Shown here in pieces: positions 34,426 to 45,545 of a stretch of 64,000 nucleotides of DNA. This DNA is from Macrostomum lignano (Eukaryota). The stretch lies in NCBI GenBank assembly GCA_002269645.1, contig NIVC01000376.1, positions 310,001 to 374,000 on the forward strand. The letters run 5' to 3'. Below the pieces are notes generated by a model. It had not been told where the DNA came from. It saw only the letters and a list, made by a program, of their open reading frames with translations, and made no database searches. A program made the translations under genes and the position numbers. Position 1 is the stretch's first letter; each line of letters starts with the position of its first letter.

Positions 34426-34999
34426 ATTAAATAGTAAAATTAAAAATAGTTTTTTTTCACTCACTGTAACTAATAGTTGTTGCTATAGCAACAAAAATAA
34501 CAACAAAAAGTTAAGATATCGACTCAATTCGGCTTTTAGTCTACAAAATGGTTACCATAACAACCATATTTTTCAAATAGAAAGCTTTCTATTCTATTCT
34601 GATAGACTAGTCTATCACACCCAGCTACAAAATAAATTATAAGGCAAGACAGTCATTAAAGCAACCAACAAAAGCGTTTTTATTAATCAGAAAACTTCCC
34701 AAAGTCCGCCTGTCGAACAGCACAAAATATTATATCGTTCTGGAACAGCTCGTCAAATTAATTATTAACACGCAGAGCAAAGACCCCCCCCCAGCAACAA
34801 CAAGTCAATATTTTATATGGAGACAAAAATGCCTATTTCAGTTCACAATGGTCACAGCGTTGCGGTACACACAGAAATCTAAGGAATAGAGCAATTGACT
34901 GATTCGAGCTCCTATCATAATATTAGTGCTCACATATCGAATGGAAACTCAAATTGATATCACCAGTTTATTAACTTTTTGCTAAGTACAAGGACAGAA

Positions 35000-35235
35000 A
35001 ATAGGAGGGGGATGGAAGTAGGGAAGAAAGAAAAGGGATCAGAAGTAGGGAGGGAAGAAAAGGGATAAGAAGTAGGTAGGGAAGAAGAGATGAGAAGTAG
35101 GGAGGGAAGAGGAGATGAGAAGTAGGGAGGGAAGAAGAGATGAGAAGTAGGGAGGGAAGAAGAGATGAGAAGTAGGGAGGGAATAAGAGATGAGAAGTAG
35201 GGATGGAAGATAGGAGATGGGAATAAGAGACAAGA
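35000..35235. repeat. Purine-rich minisatellite GAAGAGATGAGAAGTAGGGAGG
   Basis: Direct tandem copies. Confidence 0.85.
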
Positions 35236-35379
35236 ATTAGGGGGAAAAGGGGAAAATTATTAAACGTAGCCCAAACCCACAACAAACAGAAAGTATTTCG
35301 CAGAAATACCCTGTCGATATTACTTTCAACACCGTCATTCATACTACTTATCGAGACAGACTCAAAAATAAACAACAAT

Positions 35380-35442
35380 CGGGTAAACGGCGCGAGTAAC
35401 TATCACTTTTGTAAGCCTAGTCCGGTGCCTCGCCAGCTAATT
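35380..35442 (+). other. Degenerate 28S rDNA fragment (H69-H71, R2 target region), antisense in ABCF1 3' UTR
   Basis: CGGGTAAACGGCGCGAGTAACTATCACTTTTGTAAGCCTAGTCCGGTGCCTCGCCAGCTAATT versus recalled 28S CGGGTAAACGGCGGGAGTAACTATGACTCTCTTAAGGTAGCCAAATGCCTCGTCATCTAATT. Confidence 0.75.
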
Positions 35443-35457
35443 TACTGCATACAAGTC

Positions 35458-38400
35458 TCAGTTTGCGGCGAAATCCGGCCTAGCAACCACAGTCTCGCCC
35501 AGAGAGTCCAGAATCTCCTGCCTGTAGTCATCGAATCCGCCGTCAATCTCTTCAACGGACTGGTTCTCCACGACCCACAGCCGGCAGTCAGTGTCGCGGA
35601 TCAGCCGCTCATCGTGGCTGACAATAACAACGCCGCCTTCGAATTCGTTGATGGCCTCGGCTAGAGCGTCGATACTCTCAATGTCGAGATTGTTAGTCGG
35701 CTCGTCCAGAATGAGGATGTCGGGCGCTCGACAGGACAACAGGGCGAAGGCTACGCGAGACCGCTGGCCTCCGCTCAACAATTTCATTTTGATTTCGTGA
35801 GCATGCGATTCCAGACCGAATCGGCCAAGTGTTTTCCTGGCGTCCTGGTACTGCAGGTTGAACAGGGAGCGCAGGAATTCCACCGGGGTGGCCTCCATGT
35901 CCAGCTGGTCGCCGCTGTGCTGATCGTATTTGCCAATGCGAGCCCGATGGTTCAGTCGGCGCTCGCCTCTGGTGGGCTCCAGCTCGCCAGACAGCATCTT
36001 CAACAGGGTGGACTTGCCGACACCGTTGGGGCCGACTATGGAGATGCGCGACTGCATGTCCACACCGAAGTTCAGGTCCACGAATAGCGGCGTCTGCGGG
36101 GCGGTAGGGGAGGCGGTCGGCCCCAAATTAATGTGACTGCACTCGGAATCGAGCCTGGGCCGCTGTCACATCATCACAGCATCTTTATCCTATTTACAGA
36201 CTGCTCCGGAGGCCGCAAACCCGAGAAAGGAAAGGAAATTTTAGTTACCACATTAAATTTAAGTGGCATGCGCAAAAAAACTACTGATAAATGAGTAGAC
36301 GCTCTACTTTTTCACACCTTTAAATGGCGAGTGACATATTAGTTATTCTAGCAGCCTCTAGTTAGCATGTGTCTTATTTACACTGGTCCACCAAGTTAGA
36401 TAGTGGGCGCTTTCTGATTTTTTTAACTTCATTCGCATCGTCTGCCTTCTCTTCCCGATTTTCTGTCTACATGTACTCAAACCCAATCTTCTCCCTACCC
36501 TTCAGTCTTCTCTACATCTCTCTCTTTACTCTTCCCTACACCTCTCACTTCTCTTCTCTACACCTCTTGATTCTCTTCTCTACATCTCTCCCTTCTCTTC
36601 CCTAAATCTCTCCCTTCTCTTCCCTACAATTCTCTTCCTCTTCCCTACACCTCTCACTTCTCTTCTCTACATCTCTCCCTTCTCTTCCCTAAATCTCTCC
36701 CTTCTCTTCCCTACAATTCTCTTTCTCTTCCCTACACCTCTCACTTCTCTTCTCTACATCTCTCCCTTCTCTTCCCTAAATCTCTCCCTTCTCTTCCCTA
36801 CAATTCTCCCTTCGCTTCCCTACAATTCTCCCTTCGCTTCCCTACAATTCTCCCTTTTCTTCCCTACTTCTCTCTGTTCTCTTTCCTACTAATTTTGTTC
36901 TCTTCCCTACACCTCTCTTTCCTCTTCCCTTCCCTTCCTCGATCTTTTTCTTTTGACTATCTATCCACTTTTTCACTACTAAACTAGAACTGACTACAAA
37001 ACATATCGGCAGAATGGCTCTCGGCCTCATGCAAAAGAAATTCCCAGCAAAAAAGACCAACCTGATTAGGGTAGCTGAAAAACACGTCGTGCAAGCCGAG
37101 AATTGGCGGACTGAGCTCAGGCGGCTGAGGAAAGGTGAACTTGACCACGTACTCCTTGGGCCGTTCAAGCAGCTGTTGAACTCCGGTCGCTTCACCAGCC
37201 GCGGACGAGCCGGCTTTCTGCTGCTTGCTGGCCGATTTCGCCTGCTTTCGCGTTAGCAACTCTTTCTGCTTTTTCTCCGCCTGTTTATTAGACCTTCCGG
37301 CTGCTTTTAATTCTTTCAGCTTCTTCTCCTGCTTCTCGTACTCCTTGATCTGTTCGCGGCGCTTTTGCACAGACATTTTCTTGAAGGTGGCATAGTTGCC
37401 GCGGTAATAGAACAGCTTCTTCTGGTCCAGATGGACGATATCGGTGCACACGTTGTCAAGGAAGCTCTGATCGTGCGACACAATCAGCAAGGTTTTCCGC
37501 CACTGTTGCAGGTAATTGTCCAGCCAGATGACCGCATTCAGGTCCAGGTGATTAGTGGGCTCGTCAAGGATTAACAGCGTGGGCTCGAGAAACAGGGCTC
37601 GAGCCAGGGACACGCGCATACGCCAGCCTCCTGCGATTGCGGACGGGGATTTTCAGTGAGATTGTTGGATAAAAATTGACAGGTAGCTAAAGAAATCAGA
37701 AATCAGGGAGGCTAGCGGACCAATCAGAGAATCTGAGAGGCTATCGGACCAATCAGAGAATCTGAGTGGCTATCGGACCAATCAGAGAATCTGAGAGACT
37801 ATCGGACCAATCAGAGAATCTGAGAGGCTAGTGGACCAATCAGAGAATCTGAGAGGCTAGTGGACCAATCAGAGAATCTGAGAGGCTAGTGGACCAATCA
37901 GAGAATCTGAGAGGCTAGCGGACCAATCAGAGAGGCTAGCGGACCAATCAGAGAATCTGAGAGGCTAGCGGACCAATCAGAGAGGCTAGCGGGACCAATC
38001 AGAGAATCTGAGAGGCTATCGGACCAATCAGAGAATCTGAGAGGCTATCGGACCAATCAGAGAAGATATCTAAAAAAGAAGAAACTGAGGATGGAGCAGA
38101 CCCAACATCCAGAATCTGGCAGCCAGATCTCACCAGACAGAGCCCTAGTCGGGCGCTCCATCATTTCTTTAGTAAACTGCAGACCGGCTAAGATTCTCCG
38201 CGCTCGGCCCTCGGCCGAATAGGCGCCAATCGCCTGCAGCTCAGCCGACACCTCCTGCAGCCGGTGAACCTCAGTCTCGGTGCATTTGCCCCGCTCCATT
38301 GTCTTCTTCAGCTGAGCCTCCTCCTCAAGCAGGGCCAGTCGCTTCTTGTCCGACTCGATGACCACAGTCAGGGCCGGGGTCTCGTCAGCCTGGACGTCCT

Positions 38401-40312
38401 GCTCGCACAACAGCACATCGATGCCGCGTGGGATTCGCAGCGCCCTGGAGGCGATGTGGCGCAATAGGGTGGTCTTGCCGTGACCATTGGGCCCGACAAG
38501 GCCGTAGCGCCGGCCGGCGGTGATGTGGAGGTTGGCGTTGACAAACAGCGGCTTGCCGCCGGCCGAGATGGAGAAATCTTCAACCTTGATGTCCGTCTGC
38601 GAGTCCAGGATTTCGTCCTTGATGTTGCGCTCCGCCTGGGACAGGGCAAACTGACCGATGCCGCCTTTGGAGGTCTCTGCTTGGTTCAGTTCGGCCTGGA
38701 GGGCGATTGGGATCTCTGAGTAGTGATGGGGATCTCTGAGTAGTGATTGGGATCTCTGAGTAGTGATGGGGATCTCTGAGTAGTGATGGGATCTCTATGT
38801 ACTTATCGGGATCTCTGAGTAGTGATGTGGATCTCTGAGCAGTGATGGGATCTTTGCGTAGTGATGGGGATCTCCGAGTAATTATGTAGATTTCTTGAGT
38901 AGTGATGGGATCTCTGGGTAATTATGGGGATCTCTTAAGTAATGATGGGATCGCTGTGTACTTATGGGGATTTCTGAGTAGTGATGGGGAATTGAAATTC
39001 TCCATCACTAATCAGTAATCTTGACACGTTGAGGATTTGACTTTTTTAGCAGCACTACAGATTTGTTCTGGTGGTAGAAACCCACCTGCATTTTCTCCAG
39101 CTCCAGCTTCTTTAAATATTTGGCCAGGTCCTTCTTAGTCATACGCGATCGTTTCTCCTGCTCCAGTCGCTCCTCTTCAGCAAGGCGCTTCTGCCGCTCT
39201 TCATCCGAGTCGTACATGGCCTCCTCCTCGTCTGCGGCCTTCTGCTCAGCCAGCTCCTTGGCTTTGGCGGCCGCCGCCGCTGCAGTGGCTGCCGCTACAG
39301 CTTTCTCAGCGGCAGCGGCCAGCTTCTCAGCTTCATCGCTGCCTGCCGCAGCGGATTGCTGCTTCTGCTCTTGACCAGCTTCAGCTGGCAACAATTTCGA
39401 CGCTTTGGGATCGTCTTCCTCATCTAGCCAGGCCATCGACTTGGAAACTTTGCCGCTTTGCTTTTTACCTTTTTTAGCTTCCGGTTTAGCTTCCGGTTTG
39501 GTTTCCGGTTTAGCTTCTGGTGGTTTAGATTCCGATTTCGAATTTTTTTTATTCTTTACTTTCTCCACTTTCTGTGGCTCAGCTTCCTTGTCGCTCATGT
39601 CCTCATCGCTAGCTTCCTCATCATCATCAGCTCCATCCTCAACATCCAGCATAGCGAAAGCATTAACCGGCTTTTTAACTGGCTGGCTCTTCTTATTTTG
39701 CTTCTGTTGCAACTCGTCCTCTTCAGAATCTTCAGATTCTGGCGCAGCAGCTTTGCTATTTTTTGTTTTACCGCCGCCTTTCTTCTGCTTTGCTGACTTT
39801 TTGTTGCCAGCCAGATCTGCTTTGAACTCGTCGTCAGAATCTGCAACAGTTAGCGCTTTCAATTTTCCTGTTAGCTCAGCCTCGCGCCTATTAAAGAACT
39901 CTTCGTCATCGTCGATGGCACCTTTTTTACCGGCTCCTTTTCTCTGCTGCTGTTTCTTATTACTGGCAACTGGAACTGCAGACTCTTCGTCAGAGTCCTG
40001 GCCGCCACCTTTTTTCTTTCCGCCGCGTTTAGCCTCGCCATTATCGCTAGGCTGGGCCTTCTTCTGCTGCTTTTTTTTATTTCCGCTTTCAATGTCGGAG
40101 TCGTCGCCGGAATCTGCGCCACCTTTACCGGCTTTGCCGCCAGTCTTATTAGCCTTGGGTTTCCCTCCGCCGGATTTCTTCGACTTATTATTGGCGGCGT
40201 CGCCATCATCTGGCTCGGCGGACTTCAACTTGGCGCTGAGATCGGCTTCGCGTTTATCGAAATGATCATCATCGTCTGCGCCTTTCTTTTTCGCGTTACG
40301 TTTCGGTGGCAT
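35458..40312 (-). CDS. ABCF1: ATP-binding cassette subfamily F member 1, 4 exons, about 997 aa
   Basis: Exons 40312-39086, 38695-38134, 37630-37062, 36093-35458. Long K/E/D-rich N-terminus; two ABC domains ([29 protein letters not shown]; [29 protein letters not shown]); no transmembrane segments. Confidence 0.93.
36480..36900. repeat. Pyrimidine-rich minisatellite in ABCF1 intron 3
   Basis: CTCTCCCTTCTCTTCCCTACA units. Confidence 0.85.
37700..38063. repeat. 29-bp minisatellite GAGAGGCTAGCGGACCAATCAGAGAATCT in ABCF1 intron 2
   Basis: About 13 copies. Confidence 0.9.
38705..38990. repeat. 20-bp minisatellite GGGATCTCTGAGTAGTGATG in ABCF1 intron 1
   Basis: Direct tandem copies abutting the acceptor. 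Confidence 0.9.
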
Positions 40313-40579
40313 GCTGGAAGCAGCGTGCGAGTAAACAGGGGACATCTGGTTAGCTCTAGTTAGCTTGGTTTGATTCCTAAGGGGGCCGTGGATGTACATT
40401 GAGTGCACATGCCTAACAATTAGAAATTCAGGGCCCTGCGTGAGCCGCGTGTGTAGTCAGCGGAGTAGGCTATGGGCAGAATTGCTTCACCACTGGCTAT
40501 GGGACGATGTCGCCGAAGACGTTGGGCCAAAGTGCCCTCAACCCTCCTTTCCTATATTCTTACTAATACCTTAATAATA

Positions 40580-40905
40580 TGCAATAATAATAATTATTAT
40601 TATTGATTACAACTGCCCCACTTGGAGCAATTGGGCCAGATGTGCAACCGACAGCTCAGCCGCAGCTATTGCGCGGCGCATCTGAAGGCTGCGTACGGTT
40701 GTTCAGTCCAAGGACGGGGGGAGGGTCACCACACAGCCCCAATTACCCCAGCTAATGCTGGCAACCATTTTACAGCTGGGTGAACTGAAGCAATGCAGGT
40801 TTAAGTGTCTTGCTTAAGGACACAAATTATTCCAGTGGGATCGGGAATCGAACCCCCGACCTTTAAGTCGTGGGTCCGACGCTTTGACCACTAGTCTACA
40901 ACCCC
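40580..40905 (-). mobile_element. tRNA-derived SINE with CORE-like central domain and (AAT)n tail
   Basis: Minus strand: A-box TAGACTAGTGG, B-box GGTTCGATTCC, then GTGTCCTTAAGCAAGACACTTAAACC...CAGCTGTAAAATGG resembling the MIR/CORE domain, ending in AATAATAAT. Confidence 0.75.
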
Positions 40906-43796
40906 ATGCGGAATTGTTTTTAATATACAAAAAGCAATCATAGTAATTAGAAAACAAAAGTTAAAAATTATGACAAAACGGTTTAAAAATTCTGTACTGT
41001 ACTTTGCACAAACAATTATGCAAATTATTTTACCCCATATTAGAAGGGCATGCAAATACATTACATCAAATAGCAATTAAGCTTAATTCGATCTAAGCAT
41101 TAGCCTGATTGATAATAGAAGTCAGATGAAATTTCACTACTTAAACCAATTATACGGGGACTTGATGCGAAGATTCCGCAATGGTGAAGCCATATAATTG
41201 TTAGCCCAAAGAAATACATGCAGTGCTACAATGTCACAAAGTCAGGCGCAGTCAGGGTAGGTAAATTATTTAACCCTGAATTAGTAATTACAGCTCTAGA
41301 GAAAAGCCGATCTATCGTATTAGTGAAGGGATTGCATTACCCTAACTTATCCGAATCGGTACATATTGCACAGAGTAAGCAGTTATTGGCTACACCAATA
41401 CACATTTTCCATGCGATGTATTTATTCGAAAAAAAGACTAGCTAAAGTTACAAGGTGCCAAGTTGCCTTAGTGGCTGGTATACTGCCCAGAAACTAAAAT
41501 AAACATAACTGTGCCTTGATTGACTGACTGTCCGACCATTTTGCACTGTTCAAACGCTTTTAAAGCTTTCCAACACGAAATTTCCAAGTGGAAATTTTGG
41601 TTTCGTGGTCTGACTTGGATTATTCTAAAAGTACATTAGCTACGGGTCATGCGTACCTAAACGCTAATACATAAGACAGCACGCACTCTACTCTTGTCCC
41701 AACTCTGATGCTCGAGATAATAAAGTAGCTTTAAGCTACAGTGCGGATCGATAGGAAAGAAAAAATGAGATGGGATAGACACGCTATACAGCTGTTGGAC
41801 TCATACAGTAAAGCAGAGAGACGCTAAGCCGCGCATATATTTTATAAATTTAATTTATGCTTTAGATAGCAGTTAGCAGGCCTAAAGCTTGAGCAAACAC
41901 AAACTACTCAAGTACAAGCAACGTTAAACTGATTTCGCCAAATTTTACTGTGCCAATGCTAATAAAAATCGCATTACTCATCTGCTCTTAGTCCTAGTGT
42001 TGACACGCCTAATCCAATTTACTATATATTTTTCGCAATGTCCGATTTTGACGCAGAAAAAAACCATTCATATTTACTTCCGCCTTTCCAAGCCTAAAAG
42101 TAAAACATATACACTGTGGAGCCATGCAGTGCTGCGTGCGGCCTCTGGCCAACATCGAATTGTTGACAAAGGCAAGCAACAAAAAATGCCTACACGCCCA
42201 ATATAAGATAAGGCCGATTCGAAGTTCTAAAGACGGCGAGGAACTCGCGGAAAACTCGAATCGCAGATTGGCACGAAGTTAAGGCTCGACCCAAAGTTAG
42301 CAGTCAAAGCAAACTGTCGCAGAGTTAGGGGAAAGCGCTGCACACTGGGTACACTGGGTCCGGGGAGCAAGCAATCCAGCAAGCAGCAAATGATCAACGC
42401 TTCAGCCGCTGGCCTCAGACTGGGACAGTTAATCTTAAACTGCCCTTCTCTCGGGATATATGCGACACAAATGCAAGTTATTTATACTCGGCAGAGGACG
42501 TTTTGCTCGCTTTCTCTTTCGCTCCCTCGGGAAAAGAGGAGAGTCAGGACTCAGGAGCTTCATTGGAGTTGGGAGCTAAACCGCTATATAGGCCAGTAAG
42601 ACAGGACTGCTTGCGCATTACTGAAGAGAACAAGGGCATAGAAAGGCTGAGAACACTAGAACAGAAAGCAAGCAGACGGGAAGTTAAGAGAGAAGAAGGG
42701 GGAGAGAGACCAAGGCATGCGCTTTGGATTTCTCCGCCCAAAAGCCGCCGCTACTGCCTTCCCAATGCCGTTTCCACTAAAATAGGAAGAGAATCCGTGC
42801 CCGACCACGGTCACGAAAGAGAGAAAAAGGAGAGCACTGGGGTAGAAAAAGAGAAATACCTACGAATAGACTTGGCTAGACAGGTTAGAAGGGGAAGCTG
42901 CGGCAAGCGGCGCCAAAAACTTGGCGGGAAATATCGAGAACGGATGGATAGGACTAAAGGAAATTAGATGGCAAAACGAGCCAGTCTGAGGGGACTCCCC
43001 ACACAAGCATGCAGCACTGGAGAAGGAAACAGAGAACTGTTGAAGGAAGGCTGCATAGGGTGGGATCAGCGACTGCGCACACGCACATCGTGGGTCCATG
43101 TGGGTGGGCGGTCTGGGGTGGAGAGATGAGAGAGAGGGACTTGTACGTTTGAACCAACCAACCCCTACGGCCTAAGCACAGCCAAGCCTTGCAGCCATTC
43201 CCCAACTAGGCCAGAATTTGCATGCAAGCAAGCGACGAAAAGCGGTAGGCAACCCATTGCACAGGGGCAGCCACTGTTGGGCTTAGCAATAGCATTATAC
43301 ACATACACAAAAAGCTATATATAAAAGATATATAAAAGCATGCGCAAAAGCCTATTATAATCAAGTGTGCGCAGTGGGACGTGTGCGCAAGATTCAGAGT
43401 AAATAAAAGACGGGGTGCGGCTCGCAGCGCGTGACCTCGAGAGTCCACCTCAACTTAGTGAGTATCCTAAGTATTACACTTATGAGAGAGAAAAAAGCAG
43501 CAAGGCGCATCAGTTGTCTCCGCCCTGACCCCTATGCTGTCCAGCCCGTCACGCCATTTGTCTAACAGAAACAGGACGGGGCAGAACAGACTATCCAATA
43601 CGCGCAGCGACTCTCAGGCTTGAAGCATATAATACATTACCAAGAGGCAACCAGAGCAGAAAAGATATCAGACAATTAAATAATAATCGTTGCAGACTAC
43701 GAACACAGCAGCAAGACACATGAACGCCTAAACAGCCAAGAGCCAAGTGAGACCATATCGAAGGGTTTCTACTGTCTTCATGTGTGGCTGGTTGTC

Positions 43797-45545
43797 ATGA
43801 CAACAGCCAGGTCACAGACGCAGCAACAACGCGTTAAGCTGCGCAATGGTGCAACAACCTACGACCTTGGTCAGTGCCTCGGTCGCGGTGGCTTCGGCAT
43901 CTGCTACGAGGCCATCGAGCGAAGGTATGCAAGTTGCTGCCGTCGTGGTGGCGACGCAACTGATGGCCAAGAAGCGGAAGAAAGCGATGTAGTAGTATCT
44001 GAGAGAACAGTCGCCATTAAACGAGTCTGCATGCAACAGGTGCGACAGGCATCAAAGGAGCCGCATCTATGGTACGAGATAGGGCTGCACAGTCAGTTAA
44101 GGCACCGCAACGTGGTGGAGCTAATCGACCACTTTGTATTTGAGGAAAATGTTTACTTTGTGCTGGAGTACTGCAACAATCGATCTCTGGCGGATATTGT
44201 TCATAACGTTAAAAGCCTGCCGCTGGAACTTGCTGCCTATTATTTTAAACAGCTAATAGATGGCCTGCAATATCTTCACGATAACAGCGTCTTTCATAGG
44301 GATCTGAAGCTGAGCAACATTCTGGTTGGTGCAGATGACACTGTTAAGATTACAGACTTTGGGCTGGCGTGCACATTTACAAGGGCTTATTTGGAACGCC
44401 ACATTGCCTGCGGCACGCCCAACTATCTTAGCCCAGAGGTTCTACTAAGACAGGGTCACACAACCAAAAGCGACATCTGGTCATGCGGCGTAATACTCTA
44501 TGCCATGTTCGGCGGTGTGCCACCATTTCAGACAGAAACTATAACTGCAATCTACAATAATATTGTTAACTGCAGCTACACTTTCTCAAGCCGCTATCAT
44601 ACTGACGAAAATCAAAAAGATCTTATAGCTCAAATTCTACAGTTGGACAGCAACGAAAGACCTAGTCTAGGACAGATCGCTGGACACCCATTCTGTCAGT
44701 ATGCCACGACTTACAAGGCCCTATTGAGCAAGGAGAGCAACAGAGCAGCCAGTTGCATTGGTCTTCGTCGCTCTAAAAGTATGCGAAACTTATCAAAAAG
44801 CCTTTCAAACCTGTTCTCCAAGCAATCAAGAACCGACCTGCGAAAGTCCACTGAAAAGCTATTCAATCGGCATGTTGCGTTGCCGCTATCGAAAAGTCTG
44901 ACAGTGGTAGATCTGAGAATAGTGCGCACTACACAGTTAATTGACTACTTTCGCGGAGAGCTAGCCTGGCAGAAGCGAGTGACAGAATTTAGCAGCGAGT
45001 GGATAACTTGGTGGCGAGACTGTTCAAACGTATGCGGTCTGTACTACCAGCTCTCCAATGGTTTCAACTGCGCGCTGTACAATGATCAGACTGGTTGCTT
45101 AAGATCAACGCGAACTGGGCGCTATTACTTTGTCAATTTAAAAGCGCAGCGTCAACTTTTCCACGAAACGCAAGCAGAGTCGGCAGAGAGATTCTTCCAA
45201 CCGCTAGTGAAAGACATTGATGAGGCCTTTAAAGGTGTAAAAACTAATAGCAAATTGCAGGAGCAGCTGAGCTGGGTTAGTCAAAGCCGAAGCACCGGGA
45301 CGCCAAACTACCTAGTGAACTGGAGGAATTTCTCCAACGGCTACTATCACGTGTTTCACATGCGCGATCAATCGGTACAAGTGAACTTTGCCGACTGGTT
45401 CATACTACGCATTTGCGGCCAGCTTTGCTATTTTTATCAGCCAGCAAAAAAAGGCTTTGTAGTCGAAACGGCCGACTTTCAGGCTTGGTGTTCGCAAGAT
45501 CACAATGCGGAACTAGTTGAAGTGTTGTGCAGCATTTTCCTGTGA
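43797..45545 (+). CDS. Intronless divergent Polo-like kinase with two polo boxes
   Basis: ORF 43782-45545, first in-frame ATG 43797 (582 aa). Kinase motifs GRGGFG, VAIK, HRDLKLSN, DFG, CGTPNYLSPE; polo box 1 WITWWRDCSNVCGLYYQLSNG..ALYND and polo box 2 YLVNW..FHMRDQSVQVNF. Confidence 0.88.
   Translation: MTTARSQTQQQRVKLRNGATTYDLGQCLGRGGFGICYEAIERRYASCCRRGGDATDGQEAEESDVVVSERTVAIKRVCMQQVRQASKEPHLWYEIGLHSQLRHRNVVELIDHFVFEENVYFVLEYCNNRSLADIVHNVKSLPLELAAYYFKQLIDGLQYLHDNSVFHRDLKLSNILVGADDTVKITDFGLACTFTRAYLERHIACGTPNYLSPEVLLRQGHTTKSDIWSCGVILYAMFGGVPPFQTETITAIYNNIVNCSYTFSSRYHTDENQKDLIAQILQLDSNERPSLGQIAGHPFCQYATTYKALLSKESNRAASCIGLRRSKSMRNLSKSLSNLFSKQSRTDLRKSTEKLFNRHVALPLSKSLTVVDLRIVRTTQLIDYFRGELAWQKRVTEFSSEWITWWRDCSNVCGLYYQLSNGFNCALYNDQTGCLRSTRTGRYYFVNLKAQRQLFHETQAESAERFFQPLVKDIDEAFKGVKTNSKLQEQLSWVSQSRSTGTPNYLVNWRNFSNGYYHVFHMRDQSVQVNFADWFILRICGQLCYFYQPAKKGFVVETADFQAWCSQDHNAELVEVLCSIFL

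Noticed and set aside
34074-34430. 118-aa MATAFKTNYNKWVA repeat ORF
   Set aside because: Translation of the 42-bp array; the DNA palindrome is the more plausible signal.
39008-40408. ORF start MHSMYIHG and tail VGFYHQ.. for ABCF1
   Set aside because: The upstream part contains an acceptor just before ATG 40312, and the exon ends at the donor at 39086.
42503-43448. Short ORFs upstream of the kinase as a retroelement gag or divergent gene
   Set aside because: Purine-skewed low-information sequence with no domain motifs or termini identified.
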